This document shows, piece after piece, positions 12,972-26,498 of a DNA stretch of 64,000 nucleotides (its first letter is position 1; each line of letters begins with the position of its first letter). The notes under the pieces were generated by a model that ran no database searches, had not been told where the DNA came from, and saw nothing but the letters and a program-made list of their open reading frames with translations. Origin of the DNA: Kudoa neothunni. Taxonomy: Eukaryota > Animalia > Cnidaria. The DNA is taken from the NCBI GenBank assembly GCA_964304625.1, contig OZ199840.1, positions 5,321,200 to 5,385,199 on the forward strand, given 5' to 3'. The position numbers and the translations under genes are program-made.

Positions 12972-13927
12972 ATGAACATCGTTATGCATATTAAAATAAC
13001 ATGGTGCTTCTTCCTTTTCTGTAAATTTATTTTGAATAAATACTGACATAAAATATAAGCTATTAGACTGAATTCTCACGCAATGCAGCAATTGGTAAAA
13101 ATTCTTTATTTTAAAACTAATATCAAATATTTTAGTTGGTGTTGTCATTTCAGGCAAGGGAACAACTAAATAAAAATTTATGTGCATTTTCAGGTGAGAG
13201 TATGGTAGACGATTATATTAAGGTGATTATCGTTACTAACTGTGTTGATTTAAATTATTAACATAGCAAAACATTATCGAAACTGCCTTTAATGATTTGG
13301 ACCTATTTGTAAATATCTACCCATCTACAACCGATATTTGTAAAACCTTAGCTATATGTTTAATTGATAAAAGTATTATTATCAATAAAAATTGCTTAAT
13401 TTTATTATAACTTAGTCGTTACTTTTAAAAACAATCATAATTGTTTTCCATGCGTTGTAATAACAATTATATGAAAATCAATGTTATATTTGAGTAGGTT
13501 GTAATGTACCTATATTATATTAGAATAAATAGCCATCTGGTAATTAATGAAAACGTAAGTTTGTTTACTATCATTTAAAAACATTTATTTAAAAATCTAT
13601 TAAAATTATAATGAAAAATGGTCTCCTTTCCGTGTAGGTTAAATTATTTTTGGCTAATGAAGCAAAAATTGAATGCCAAAATGAAAACCAATGCCGAGCG
13701 TTTCGATCTTTTCGTTCATGTATTATCTTTTATTTAATAATTTATTAATAGGAATTTAATTGTCTTAACAATCATATTTTTATTATTAATAATTTTATAT
13801 TTTAGATAATAGTCTCAACCAAATAAAATTGCTCGACCACAAAATCAACAAACAAATATGTGGTACACAGAAATGTTATGGTGATTACAAAATTATAAGT
13901 ATAAAGGCAAAATTTGAATATCCATAG
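12972..13927 (+). CDS. Cys-rich secreted family paralog 3 (8 exons, intact)
   Basis: MNIVMHIKITWCFFLFSIRLNSHAMQQL/LVLSFQAREQLNKNLCAFSGESMVDDYIK/QNIIETAFNDLDLFVNIYPSTTDICKTLAICLIDK/IVTFKNNHNCFPCV/VVMYLYYIRINSHLVINEN/VKLFLANEAKIECQNENQCRAFRSFRS/...YGDYKIISIKAKFEYP*. Confidence 0.85.
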
Positions 13928-15342
13928 ATACTCAATTACATTATGCCAATAAAAAGCTATACTTTTTCATTTTATCTCGTATTTATCATCCTTTCGATAA
14001 TTTTCGTATAAAATTAAGATGCCTCTTACATTATAAATTTTGTCCACTATCTCAAATATAGTGTGTGTACATGTTTGAAAATAGTTGATTTTAATTTTTA
14101 TCATGGAGTAATACTATAAAATAAAGGAAAATAATTATCAATAAATCAAATTGTTGAATTTTTTTATTTTAAAAATTTTAATACGAATCGACAAAATTCT
14201 TGATTTTTAGATAACAATATTTATTTTAGGGCCATGAAATAATTTTTTGAAATATTGCAATATTACCATAAAATATAATCATACAGCTTTTACTTTATGG
14301 AGTCTATTTAGATCATAGTTTTTTAATCAGTAAAAAACATAAAATACCGTAAATTATGTATCTAATTGTAAAAAATTCTGATGAAGAAATTCTGAATAAA
14401 TGTTTATTATATTTAACGAGATAATTCGAAGAGAGACGAAAATAAACTTATTTGTTTTAGCCAACATTATTGAGTTATTCTGAACTAATTTCGACATTGA
14501 TTAAAAAGAAATTTGTAATAAATTATATACTGAGAAATTCCAACAGATTAATTTAATAATTTTCATGTGTAATTAGGCTAATAATTTATCATACAACATT
14601 CAGTTATTTTCAATATTATACAAAATATGCAAAAATTTCATACGTTTTATATTTATTTTTGCGCTTTTAATATAAGTATTATATAACAATATTATGCCTT
14701 ATTGTTAACTGAACGTGCAAATTATATTATTATAATTATTGGTTTATTTAGATGGTAGCTTTCCATACATATTTTGAAAATAATGAGATACATTGATTAA
14801 GAATTTTGAATGATATTTTGGGCTTATCAGAATAATTTTTGCACGGTAACGCTCTCATGTTTTCGATTACATAAAATGGCGAAACTTTTAATTAAACTCC
14901 ATTAATTGAATTTAATTGAATTTATAGAATATAAAACTAAGAAAAATCACATTTAACACAAAAATGACGATTAATGCATTTTTTTAGATAACATAATTTT
15001 AAAATTTAACCAAAGAATAATAATTTTCATTATTTATTATATTTTGTATTATTAACAAATTAGTAGACTTGCCATTTCTTTTAGCCGCTGTTTGAAACAT
15101 TTAATAATGTATGCTTGCATAAAAATCTCTATATTTCAAATATTTTAAATATTGAGTTTGATGGAGTTTTAAATTATCGATTTAATATTTATTACTTGAT
15201 TAAGAAGACAAATTGATCTCTATATTAATTTTAAATTTTAGAAGGATATCATTTACGCATTTAAAACACTATATATAAGCTTTTCAATAAAAAGTAATTG
15301 TGTAATAAACATGAAATTGAGGCATCTAAAAAAATTAAATGC

Positions 15343-15839
15343 CTGTACAATATGACATAGTTGTATTAGGTCGAGATCGCATATCATGAGGTTGTGAGTT
15401 TGAAGCCTAGTGGGGGTGTTCCTGTACTCCTAATCCGAAATTAAGTAGGAAGGCTGTAGTTATCGTAATCACAAGGATCTACAATTTATCGTTGTATTGC
15501 TTTCAGCTGGGAGGTTAGATCTTGGGAACTCGTAAACGCCGGGGTACAGGAACGAAATATAACCAAATAAGTAGTAAGTAGGGGGTTTCCAGGGAGACGA
15601 CGTCCACATTAAGACGACTTTCCCAGACTAATTCTGGGTTAGTCCAGGGTATGGTTGGGATGGTGGTTGCTCCGGAAAAGGGGATTTTTAGTGGATTAAA
15701 ATCCCACACTACCGCATAGACGTAAGTCGCCTTAATATGACGTTGCGGTGCCTAATGCGTATATGGTGAAGGCCTAATCAGCTCGAACTTCACAATCTAA
15801 CAAATTGCGCCGAATGTTTGACCTTGTAAACAAAAAAAA
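15343..15839 (+). mobile_element. tRNA-derived SINE, family A
   Basis: Reverse-complement homologue of 5462-5953; tRNA-like head, ends gtaaacaaaaaaaa. Confidence 0.85.
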
Positions 15840-16418
15840 GAAAATAGTTGTGTATGTTTTTTAACTGCGAACTATATCTAATCTAAGTGCATAAAGTGAA
15901 TGATAAACTACTAAAAAACGATAAAATTAATTTATAACGGCAGATTTATATTAAAACGTTAAGAACAATTTATACTTTTATCTTATTCCATTAAAAAAAT
16001 ATTGTGCATGTTTCACTATTCTACAGACAAAAAATTATACTTGAATGAACAAAGTAGTAAAATTAATTGGAGATCACGTGATTATATTATTTTATTGATT
16101 TTGATTAAATATATTATAGATATTAACCCTCTAATCATTAATCAATCAAACTACATATTTTATAAGTAAATAATTTTATTATTCAGCAGTAACTTTTAAT
16201 TCAATTACTTATTAAAATAAATGATATGAGAAGTTGTTGTTACTAAATTATTTTTTTCCTGTCCAAAAATAAATATATATTGTGACATTTTAACATGGTT
16301 TTTAAGTTGACTTAAAACTATTTATCGTCGAAAATTAACACACAAAGAACCAAGATTTCATTTAGAATAAAATTAATAATATAATCTTTATTTAAGGAGG
16401 CCATAATTAATTGGAATA

Positions 16419-17866
16419 CAGTAAGTAACCAATTTCACGCAATTTTTAAAAACCTATTTAATTAGAATACTGATTGGTCATTGTTTATACAATATCTTTC
16501 TTATAATATTTCAATGAAAATTTGTATAAAAATAGTTATAAAAGGCTGCGAAATATTGTAACTAAAAGTCACGTGATTGGCAAATTCGCGCACTTTTTTT
16601 CGGGTACTTCCTGTTTATTATTTGGTTAAGTTAATATTTAATGACAAAAACCGCCTATAACTATATGATATATATATATATATATATATATATATTGCCG
16701 AAAGGCACAATATTACTTACTATTACGAAAGTTTCCAATCTAATGACCCAAAAACTGTCACTGTATAACTTTTTTAAATATTTATTATCTCGTCTCCTAA
16801 TGGCATCCTAGAGATGAAAACTAAAGTAACCCAAATTATAAATGTTTGTAGAATGTAAAAATTGAAATTATCTGCACGCAAGACAATTTAATTCTGTTGA
16901 TGAAGATGTATATGAGTAGATACGAAGCAAAAAGATTGTAGTAGGCGTCGATCAATGATAATCATCAAGAGAAATCAATTAGCCAAAGAAAAAGGTTTAC
17001 CATCATATACAATTCGTGGAGGGTTTCGTTGTTTTAAAAAGAGGTCAAACATTTAAAAATAAAATTTACTAATTAATCTGCCGATGTTATGCCTGAAACT
17101 ACTTCAGAGTGGATCATTCAAATAAGAACATTTTTTAAAAGATAATCAGAAAATTTTATTTACAATGTAGACGAAACTGCCTTATTCTACCGATAGCAAC
17201 AGGGGAAGTAATTCATAGATAAAGCCGTGGACAGATAACAGCACATCGGTGTGACACTCGGACTTAGAGCCATGAGGTAATGGGTTCCATTCCGCCGGTA
17301 GTCAGACTACTGCTTCCGTGTCGGTGGGTCTCTATCCCATATTTGGGAGCTGTGATTAACGTGTACGCTCGCTGTGAAATGGGATGCATTGGCAGCCAGA
17401 TTTGCGTGAGGTGGGATGAGCGTGAATAGGAGTTTGAATCTCCGGAACCCATCGAAAGGCAAAGTGATTTGCAGTTCCCACAGAGCCAACGTCCTTAAAG
17501 AGATATGGTTTGGGGTGGTGGTCTTCCTGAGACGAGGATGTTTAGTGGGGTAAAGTCTCACACTACAGCATAAAGATAAGCGACGGGATTTCATGTTACG
17601 TCCTGCGGTGCATGAAGCGTTAATGGAAGAGGTCTGACCAACCAGAATTCCACAACCTAATAAGTTGCGCAAGGGGTTTTACTCTGTAAACAAAAAAAAA
17701 GTAATTCATAGGTCGTTCAAAAATATTATTGTGCTGTTTACACGTTTCTCGAGTTATAATTATCTTTTATAAATTAATGGCCTTTTAAACGCGACTTAAT
17801 CATTGTTAAATGTCAATTTTTCTGACATAATCGCGCGCGAAAGTGTGTTAAATGGATTGCCTACTG
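16419..17866 (+). mobile_element. Internally deleted pogo/Tigger element carrying a SINE insertion
   Basis: TA|cagtaagtaacc...ggattgcctactg|TA termini; residual FKKR...SADV...W...FIYNVDETALFYR. Confidence 0.75.
17219..17698 (+). mobile_element. tRNA-derived SINE, family B (different head and body, 3' tail shared with family A)
   Basis: Perfect 13 bp TSD aagtaattcatag (17206-17218 and 17699-17711); B-box-like gggttccattcc; last ~200 bp match the family A tail; poly-A end. Confidence 0.8.
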
Positions 17867-18075
17867 TATATATTACTACAAACATTTATCAATAGAGAAA
17901 AATTTTGAAAATGAATACGCTATAGAACATCAGTTTTATTTTCTTCTAAAGAACTGAGTCGAACAATATTTTAACATTTAATCGATGTATGTATAATTTA
18001 ATACGTGACACAATCAATAAATGGTCACCTAACGGATATTATAGGTTACGCAAACCGCATTACAGAATAGTTATA

Positions 18076-19780
18076 CCATAAATCCTCGTGTATAAAGCCA
18101 CACCCACCATGCCAAACTGATTTTATCCGTCATCCTAATACTTTGTTTCATTCATTTAACACACTTAATTTAACCTAATCACATAAGTCGTTCGCCAAGT
18201 CTATTGTCTGTGTCTGTCGTCACAAGCACGCATTGGCTGACGGAGTTGCAGTCCACCAAAGAGTGATCTCACCTGTGCAGAGGGAGTTTTACGTCTGTAG
18301 TTAATTATGGTATGCAAGTAACGAATCACTCCGCACATTTTTAAACTATATTATCGAACGGGAAAAAATACGACTCCGCGTTTAAATTGAAAGTTGTGAA
18401 TGTGGATTTGGAAACTGCCAGCCGAAACGCTTCTGCTGTTTTTGGCATAAATAAAAAACAAGTTCGCCTTTGGAAGAAAGCTCAAGATAGCTCGAAGATG
18501 ATTCCACGATCAAAGTGTGCGAGAAGAGGAAAACGATGTCAATGGTCCGAACTAGAAACCTCCTTAATTGCTCGGGTAACAGAAAGAAGGAATGCTGGTT
18601 TCATCGTCACAAGAAACAACATTCAAATTTAGGGTATGAAATGCTCCAAGTAGAATCGTGATTTGTGTCAAAAGTTCAAAGATTCGCGTGTTTGGTTGAA
18701 CAGATTCATGACAAGGAATAATTTATTCTTATGCTAAAAAACGAGAATTGCTCAAAAACTACCTAAAGACTTGGAAGATGAAGTAAGTTCATTTCAACAT
18801 TTCATTATAAAACATTGCAAGCATAACAATTGCTTTCTCAACGATATTAGAAAATTGGATGAGACTCCAATATTTTTCGATATGGTTGGGGACAAGACGG
18901 TCAACAAAGTCAGAGAACAAGAAATATGCTTGAAATCAACAGGGCATGAGAAGAAACACTTCACTCTAACTTTATCTTGTTTAGCCGACGGTGATTTTTA
19001 AAAAAACATTTCCTTAAAAAAAGTTTCCTCCTGGAATCGTTGTCCATGTACAAGAGTGAGGTTGGATGGATGACGAAGGGTGTCTGGAGTGGATTAATAA
19101 CGTATGGTCTAAACGTCCTGGTGGCTTATTGAAGAAACGGTCGCTTTTCGAGTGGGACAAATTCATGTGTCGTCTTGTTAAACGGGTCAAACAGCGTATG
19201 TTGCAAAATAACACAGACATTGCTGTCATTCCTGGTGGTTTGACATCAATTCTCCAGCCTCTCGATGTTTCACTAAAAAAAACCTTTCAAAAATAGACTT
19301 CGAGCGATGTGGAACGAATGGATGATATCTAGAGATCATCAGGTTAATTGTGGTAGAAACCTCAATGCTCCTTCATTAATCACTGTGTGTCAATGGATTC
19401 TGCTAGTCTGGAAGGATTTAATACCCAAAATAATTGTAAAATCCTTCAAGCAATGTTGCATCAGCAGTACAATGGATGGAATAGATGACGATATTTTATG
19501 GGAGCGTGACGAACAAACTTCACCTTCTGATTCCGATGAATTCGATCCTTAAGACGACACATTTTTAACCCCACGAATAGAATCAAGTGTTAGAGATGTC
19601 GCATGACAATGACCAAGACTAATTACCTGATTATTTGGGTTCAAATGTTAGATATTTCCCAGTGTCTTATTGTTGAATTAATTATTTGTAGCATTTGAGC
19701 ATTCTAAAAAGTACGTTAACCCCCAAACTTAAAACAAAATTTTAGGTCCACAGGTGTGGCTTATACACGCGGATTTACGG
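18076..19780 (+). mobile_element. Full-length pogo transposon (POGK-like: BrkDBD, HTH CENP-B, DDE_1); transposase broken
   Basis: TIRs ccataaatcctcgtgtataaagccacac and gtgtggcttatacacgcggatttacgg, with TA TSD. Motifs KYDSAFKLKVV, DETPIFFDM, STGHEKKHFT, WMDD, IPGGLTSILQPLDVS, IVKSFKQCCIS, split by stops and frameshifts. Confidence 0.92.
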
Positions 19781-19824
19781 TAATTTATTGTTAGAAAGGA
19801 TCTATTGTTCTGGTTCTGTTACTG

Positions 19825-21046
19825 ACTAGAGCTTCAAAAATTCGAGGGTCGAGGATCCTCTAGTTCGAAGAGATTAAGTCAATGTATTAAAAAGATTGTG
19901 TGATTTTGTTACAGTGGAATCTTAAAATCAATGTTAGGAGAAACTTTCTTATCAAAATTCAACAATACATTAATTTTTGGAAGAAACTATTGTACTTCTT
20001 TTAAAATATCAGCTAAACTACAATACTACATTATCTGTGTAGAACATTGGACGTTGTCGCATACAAAATCGGAAATATAGTCGTTTCCTACAATTCAGCC
20101 TGTTATTTCACTCCATTTTCAAAAGTTTTTTCCATTTTTGCTCTTATCACATAAAATTACGTCATGTGGTTAAATTCAGATCAAAAAGAGTTAACTTATA
20201 AACTGGAAATAAATCTTAAGTCTGGCACATTCTGATTCACGTGGAATCACTATGTTGTTGACAAATACATAAAAAATTATTATTTCTCTATAATTTTAAC
20301 AAAATCGAAGTCGTTAATCGTCCACTCATTTTTTTTATTTTATCTGTTAGTGATAAGTTTGTAAACGTTCAATCTTGTGACTTCCTATTTTAAAAACAGA
20401 ACTTTCTAATTTATTTTATTTAAAATTAGAACGAAGATGTTTCAATTTAACTATGGCGTAATTTAGTGTGGGTTATTAGTTTATAAATTTTGTGCGTAGT
20501 TTATTCATGTTTGAAAAAATGTTAATAATATTTGTCCCAAAATTCAAACATGGAAATTTTTAATTTATTTTATTAATTTATCTTTTTATTTATGTCCATT
20601 GGGTTACTAAAAATAAAAATATAAAATAATTATTCTTTAATTGAGATTAACTTTAAAGTAGAATAATCATCACAATTAAAAATATACGATTTTTAATAAT
20701 TAAATCAATTATGGATGATAATATGACAAAAGAATTTTTTTATTATTTATCTCAACGGTATAAAAAAGATGAAAAATCTAATAATAAACATTTATTACCC
20801 ATTTTTTGAGTATAACTTGAAATATTACGTCATATTTTATCATCTACTTCAATATTTTTGGGTGGTTGAATGTTTCGCGCGTTTAACACTAATATAATTA
20901 CTTTACTGAGATATATTATCATTCAAAATATTTGTGAAAACTAGTAACAACCAAATAACGTTGTAATCATGAAATCTCTATCCAAATCCTTAAACATCCT
21001 CATTTCAACACATAATCACCCTCAATTTTTAAAAGCCTAATTATAA
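19825..21046 (+). repeat. Left arm of a near-perfect 1.22 kb inverted repeat
   Basis: Reverse complement of 24342-25577, with roughly 15 substitutions and one 13 bp indel counted by eye. Confidence 0.95.
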
Positions 21047-21475
21047 CTCAGGGTTACTCTGCGCTTTGATAAGACTTAACAATAAGATTATTGTATTAAT
21101 ATGATATAAACAAAGAGCAACATATTAAATATGAATACAGATAGGGTTATCAATCATGTTAATATCAGATGATAATCTTTACTAGTAAAATTTAATAATT
21201 AAAAAACTCAACATTCAAAGCAATAAAACTATTTAATTTTAATTAATAACTATAAAAATATATTAATAATAAAATTTATAATTTTAGGATCCGTGGCTAT
21301 TTTTATCATAATTTTTTATAATCTATATACTTATAAAATTTTATTCTGATAGTTATTTGTTGAATCATCACATTAAATTCCGTATTTATCGAATCAATAT
21401 GCCAGGTAATAATTTAAAGATAAGAGAAGTTATAAATAGATTACTCCATATTCTGTCATTGATATTCATAGTTAA

Positions 21476-22241
21476 ATGAAACTTACATTAGTATTAGTGG
21501 CTATAATAGGTGTTACTCCATTCCAATATATTTATTGAATAAATTTAGGATTTTCAATACTACGCAACAGCGTCAGAGGAATTACAGTATTTGGAAAATG
21601 TATATTTAATAATGTTTTACGCAAATGATTATACCAGGTTACTTTGAATGGTCTGTCTCGAGCTGAACTATTAAATTCTTACAAATTTTTGGCTGCAAAT
21701 ACGGTTTTAGATTCAAAGAAAGTATACTTTAATGAGAAATTTATATTAACTGGAATTAGGTAAAATTGGTGTTTTATTTAATGACTGATCGAGTGGATTC
21801 TTTGAGTGTATTTCCATATCACAAATACATTTGTAAATACCTTGCCATATGCAGGGCTAGTCAAGGTAATTTACAACAAAAAATAATGATTTTGTCTAAT
21901 TTTTAAAGTTCAACAGCTCCAAGCTGACAAATCTTGCTTGCCATGTATTGTAAACGATCATATTTGAGAATATATATTACCCTATTTTAGGTATTGAATT
22001 ATGTCGATATTACTCATAAAACTGTTGAAGATCCTAATGCGATTGTGAGAAAAGTAGTTTGTTTTTAAAAGAACATTAGTCGTTTGAAATTTATATACAT
22101 TGGAATAAAAAAAAATTTTAGTTATCAAAAAAAGCAGCCAAACAAGCCATAAATCTGTGTAACAGAAAGCGCTTTTGTAAAAGGCGATACGAAACTGAAA
22201 ACAACACGGCTTGTGCTTCTAATTCTCATGTAGAAATTTGA
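21476..22241 (+). CDS. Cys-rich secreted family paralog 4 (7 exons seen; 3' end uncertain)
   Basis: MKLTLVLVAIIGFSILRNSVRGIT/VTLNGLSRAELLNSYKFLAANTVLDSKK/VKLVFYLMTDRVDSLSVFPYHKYICKYLAICRASQ/VQQLQADKSCLPCI/VLNYVDITHKTVEDPNAI/LSKKAAKQAINLCNRKRFCKRRYETENNTACASNSHVEI*. Confidence 0.82.
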
Positions 22242-22739
22242 ATTTTACGTAAATAACTCTATTTACTTTGAATTAATAGAATTAATTTTTAGGAAATAAA
22301 TTCTACCTCATAATACTTTATTTTAGATGAACATTTAAATGATACATGATCTCGATTTAATACGCTTTCATTTATTAATTTTTATGTTACCTAGTTAAAA
22401 AATGTAAGAAAAATTTATTTGACAAAAAGCCGTGTCTCGATATTGCATAATATTTTGGCATCTGGGAAAATTACGCAAAATCTAGTCATCTGCGCACGCA
22501 CAACAACTTCTAATTTAACATTTCTTACAGAATAACTCATCTACATTATAATTTTTTTATTACTTTAAATGTAAAATTTTGTTTTCTTCCCAAAAATAAT
22601 ATCATTACACATTATTATCTACACATATGAATAATAAAATTTTGTATTAATTACTCCATAATGTTATATTATCTTCATATTAATTTAAAGGTTTTTCTTG
22701 CTAGTTTTTCAATAAAAATCAAGATTTATCAATTATTTT

Positions 22740-23940
22740 TGTTCGAAAATGATCGGCTTGTCAACTCAATTACTAGTTTTCTAACCGTAACCATTCCCCA
22801 CCCAATTTTAACGTATTTCAGTAATCGAATACGGCATATTTAAATAATTTTGTGTCTTTGTCACCGAATAGCACATTTATGCATAATATTTGTTTCTAAT
22901 TTACTTTTAAGTGGTGAATTTTTCCCATATAAATTGGTTGCACCACGCAAATAATGTTTTTGATAGAAGTACGAGCTGGAAGTTCTCGAAATAATCGATC
23001 CATTAAGGGCAATATGAGTACTAATATAATAAAATAAAAACCTTCATATTTTCTTAAAGGAAGCTCTGCTTCATAACTTAAGGATCTGATAAAATACAGA
23101 TGTAGATAATCTCACATTCATTTGCGAATGGCGCTAAATTGAAAGTTCTTTAATTCTCCCAAAACAGTGATTTTTTTTTTAATTTTAGTATTATGTGTAA
23201 TTGAAATTTGTATTGGGACATTGTAGAAGTGATAAACTTCGTAGCACGATTTTGAATAGTTTTACATCTTTACATTGTGCTAATTTTTAAGAGTGGACGT
23301 ACGCTGTATCAGCGGTCCATAAAAATGAGCCGTCCAATCCAAATTTAATATGTATTCCGGATTGTATCATGACAATATCTCGGGAAAATTTCTCATCCAT
23401 AGATAAATATATTCAAAATCAGCGCTCTCCCTCTTCGTGCGAATTGAGTTTTTCAAACCGTAACGCCTTCTGCAATTATTAAACTAACCTTAGGTTCCGC
23501 TAAAATATATTATTCAAATACCTTTGGTAATAATAAAAGATTTGTCGTTCATTAAAAAACAAGATAATAGTTTTTTCTCGCATTCAAACTACCCACTTGT
23601 AAAAACTATATTAATATCTTTATATTTTCCGGGTTTAAATATTTTTAGTGATTTTGGAATATTTTAATCTATGATTTTGTCTTGTTTAGAAAAACTTCCA
23701 AAAAGATTTAAATAACCTATTTTAAATTATCGAACAATACAAAAAATTATAGTAATCAATTATTTTTATTATAACTTCATTAGTTATTTGAGAACTTGAA
23801 ATGCTTGTTATAGTGCATCCATCAAATTAAATGGAGTAAAGTCGAAAAATGAGTTTCGCAATAGAGAGACACAAGTTTTTCCTAGTTTGCTTTATATCCG
23901 CTTGTTCAAAATTTTCGTTTTTTCGTATAATTATTCATTT
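22740..23940 (-). mobile_element. Decayed pogo/Tigger transposase
   Basis: Minus strand reads RRRYGLKNSIRTKRESADFEYIYLWMRNFPEILS*YNPEYILNLDWTAHFY, then PLNGSII...FYQKHYLR and KIGWGMVT; many stops. Confidence 0.65.
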
Positions 23941-24341
23941 ATAAATACGAAATATGATTTTTATTATTTAATTCGTAAATTAAAACACCTAATGCTAATA
24001 AAACTAAATTACGCACTATCGAGGCACAACTATAATATTGTTTATAATGATATCTCTTGATTAAATTAAAATCTATTCTAAATTTGTGATTTATTATTTT
24101 AAAAGTTTAATGACAAATTCAAAAATGTTAATTTACCTTCAATATACGGAAGACAACGATTATACGTCATTTTTTACATTGTATTATGATCACAACAATA
24201 AACTAAATCAATAAACTAATTTTTTGTTACAGAATTAGGGAAAAATTATTAATAATCTCAATTGTACAGAATATTATTGTATAATTTTATGTTTAAAACT
24301 TCAAAACCTCATAAATTACTCATTTGAGTTTAAATCACGAA

Positions 24342-25577
24342 TTATAATTAGGCTTTTAAAAATTGAGGGTGATTATGGGTTGAAATGAGGATGTTTAAGG
24401 ATTTGGATAGAGATTTCATGATTACAACGTTATTTGGTTGTTACTAGTTTTCACAAATATTTTGAATGATAATATATCTCAGTAAAGTAATTATATTAGT
24501 GTTAAACGCGCGAAACATTCAACCACCCAAAAATATTGAAGTAGATGATAAAATATGACGTAATATTTCAAGTTATACTCAAAAAATGGGTAATAAATGT
24601 TTATTATTAGATTTTTCATCTTTTTTATACCGTTGAGATAAATAATAAAAAAATTCTTTTGTCATATTATCATCCATAATTGATTTAATTATTAAAAATC
24701 GTATATTTTTAATTGTGATGATTATTCTACTTTAAAGTTAATCTCAATTAAAGAATAATTATTTTATATTTTTATTTTTAGTAACCCAATGGACATAAAT
24801 AAAAAGATAAATTAATAAAATAAATTAAAAATTTCCATGTTTGAATTTTGGGACAAATATTATTAACATTTTTTCAAACATGAATAAACTACGCACAAAA
24901 TTTATAAACTAATAACCCACACTAAATTACGCCATAGTTAAATTGAAACATCTTCGTTCTAATTTTAAATAAAATAAATTAGAAAGTTCTGTTTTTAAAA
25001 TAGGAAGTCACAAGATTGAACGTTTATAATCTTATCACTAACAGATAAAATAAAAAAAATGAGTGGACGATTAACGACTTCGATTTTGTTAAAATTATAG
25101 AGAAATAATAATTTTTTTATGTATTTGTCAACAACATAGAGATTCCACGTGAATCAGAATGTGCCAGACTTAAGATTTATTTCCAGTTTATAAGTTAACT
25201 CTTTTTGATCTGAATTTAACCACATAATGTGATTTTATGTGATAAGAGCAAAAATGGAAAAAACTTTTGAAAATGGAGTGAAATAACAGGCTGAATTGTA
25301 GGAAACGACTATATTTCCGATTTTGTATGCGACAACGCCCAATGTTCTACACAGATCATGTAGTATTGTAGTTTAGCTGATATTTTAAAAGAAGTATAAT
25401 AGTTTCTTCCAAAAAATAATGTATTGTTGAATTTTGATAAGAAAGTTTCTCCTAACATTGATTTTAAGATTCCACTGTGACCAAATCACACAATCTTTTT
25501 AATACATTGACTTAATCTCTTCGAACTAGAGGATCCTCGACCCTCGAAACCAACTCTCGATTTTTTGAAGCTTTAGT
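24342..25577 (-). repeat. Right arm of the 1.22 kb inverted repeat
   Basis: Reverse complement of 19825-21046. Confidence 0.95.
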
Positions 25578-25780
25578 TATCATGTATAATTAAAATTAAA
25601 AAATTGTTTTTATAAAATATTTATGCAATTAAATTTATAAAATTAACCATATCTCAAAATAACTTATTTTAATAATTAAAGTTAAAATCAGGACATAAAC
25701 TCGATTTAATTATATATATATATATATATATAACGAAATTATTGATTCTTAAGCTCACATTACTGTTACGTTGACTGTTT

Positions 25781-26498
25781 CAGTAGGTTACCGATAGGAC
25801 GAAATTTTCTTTTTTCGAAATATGTTTCATAGTAATTTTAGTATGTTATATAATAATTTTATTATTATATTGAAGTTTAAAACATTTAAAAATTAAAATA
25901 AAAAATTGCGGAATATTCACCTTTGTTTGTTACGTGACTTATGGATAGTACGTAATTTTTCTGTGGTTGATTTTAGGTTGTTAAATATGACGATATTAAA
26001 AATGAGTAATTATTCCAAGTAAAATATAGAACTGTCGTAGAAAAATATAACAAAATATTACTCCAGTCTTCCTTATAATGGTGCCAATGGCTGCCACAAT
26101 CAAACATTTTAAGATTTCCTCTCTGTCTACATTAGATGGTAGCTTTAATATTAATTTTTGTAATATTTATTATATTAAGTTAACAATATTGACAAAATTA
26201 TAATAGACTCCGAAACTCAGATAATGAAAGCGTATGACAACAGATCAGCTAGTTTTTAGAAAGCACTGGAATATGTAAAAGAATTGAAATTATTTTTTGA
26301 ATATTACAAAAGGAAAAAATCACTAAGCTCGGTTTCCTTAGAGGAAGACATAATATTATTTCGAAGAGGTTAACTCGAAAAGAAGAACCGAATATTTTTC
26401 ATTTCATTTCAATAATTTAATATAATGTAAATTAAATGATCAAACGGGCGAAATTTTTTACGGTCCCGAGGGGATTACGCATTACCAGTTACCTACTG
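25781..26498. mobile_element. pogo/Tigger-type non-autonomous element
   Basis: Termini cagtaggttaccgat... and ...ccagttacctactg|TA; right subterminal region resembles window bases 1-45. Confidence 0.55.

Noticed and set aside
14377-14400. Hammerhead ribozyme core (ctgatga...gaaa)
   Set aside because: No flanking stems; expected by chance in AT-rich DNA.
15515-17672. ORFs 15515-15709, 17264-17452 and 17307-17672 (also 60063-60485)
   Set aside because: Chance ORFs within or overlapping relatively GC-rich SINE copies.
22735-22815. Minus-strand family paralog inside the inverted-repeat loop (WGMVTVRKLVIELTS)
   Set aside because: Upstream sequence translates as pogo transposase and no CxxC exon is present.
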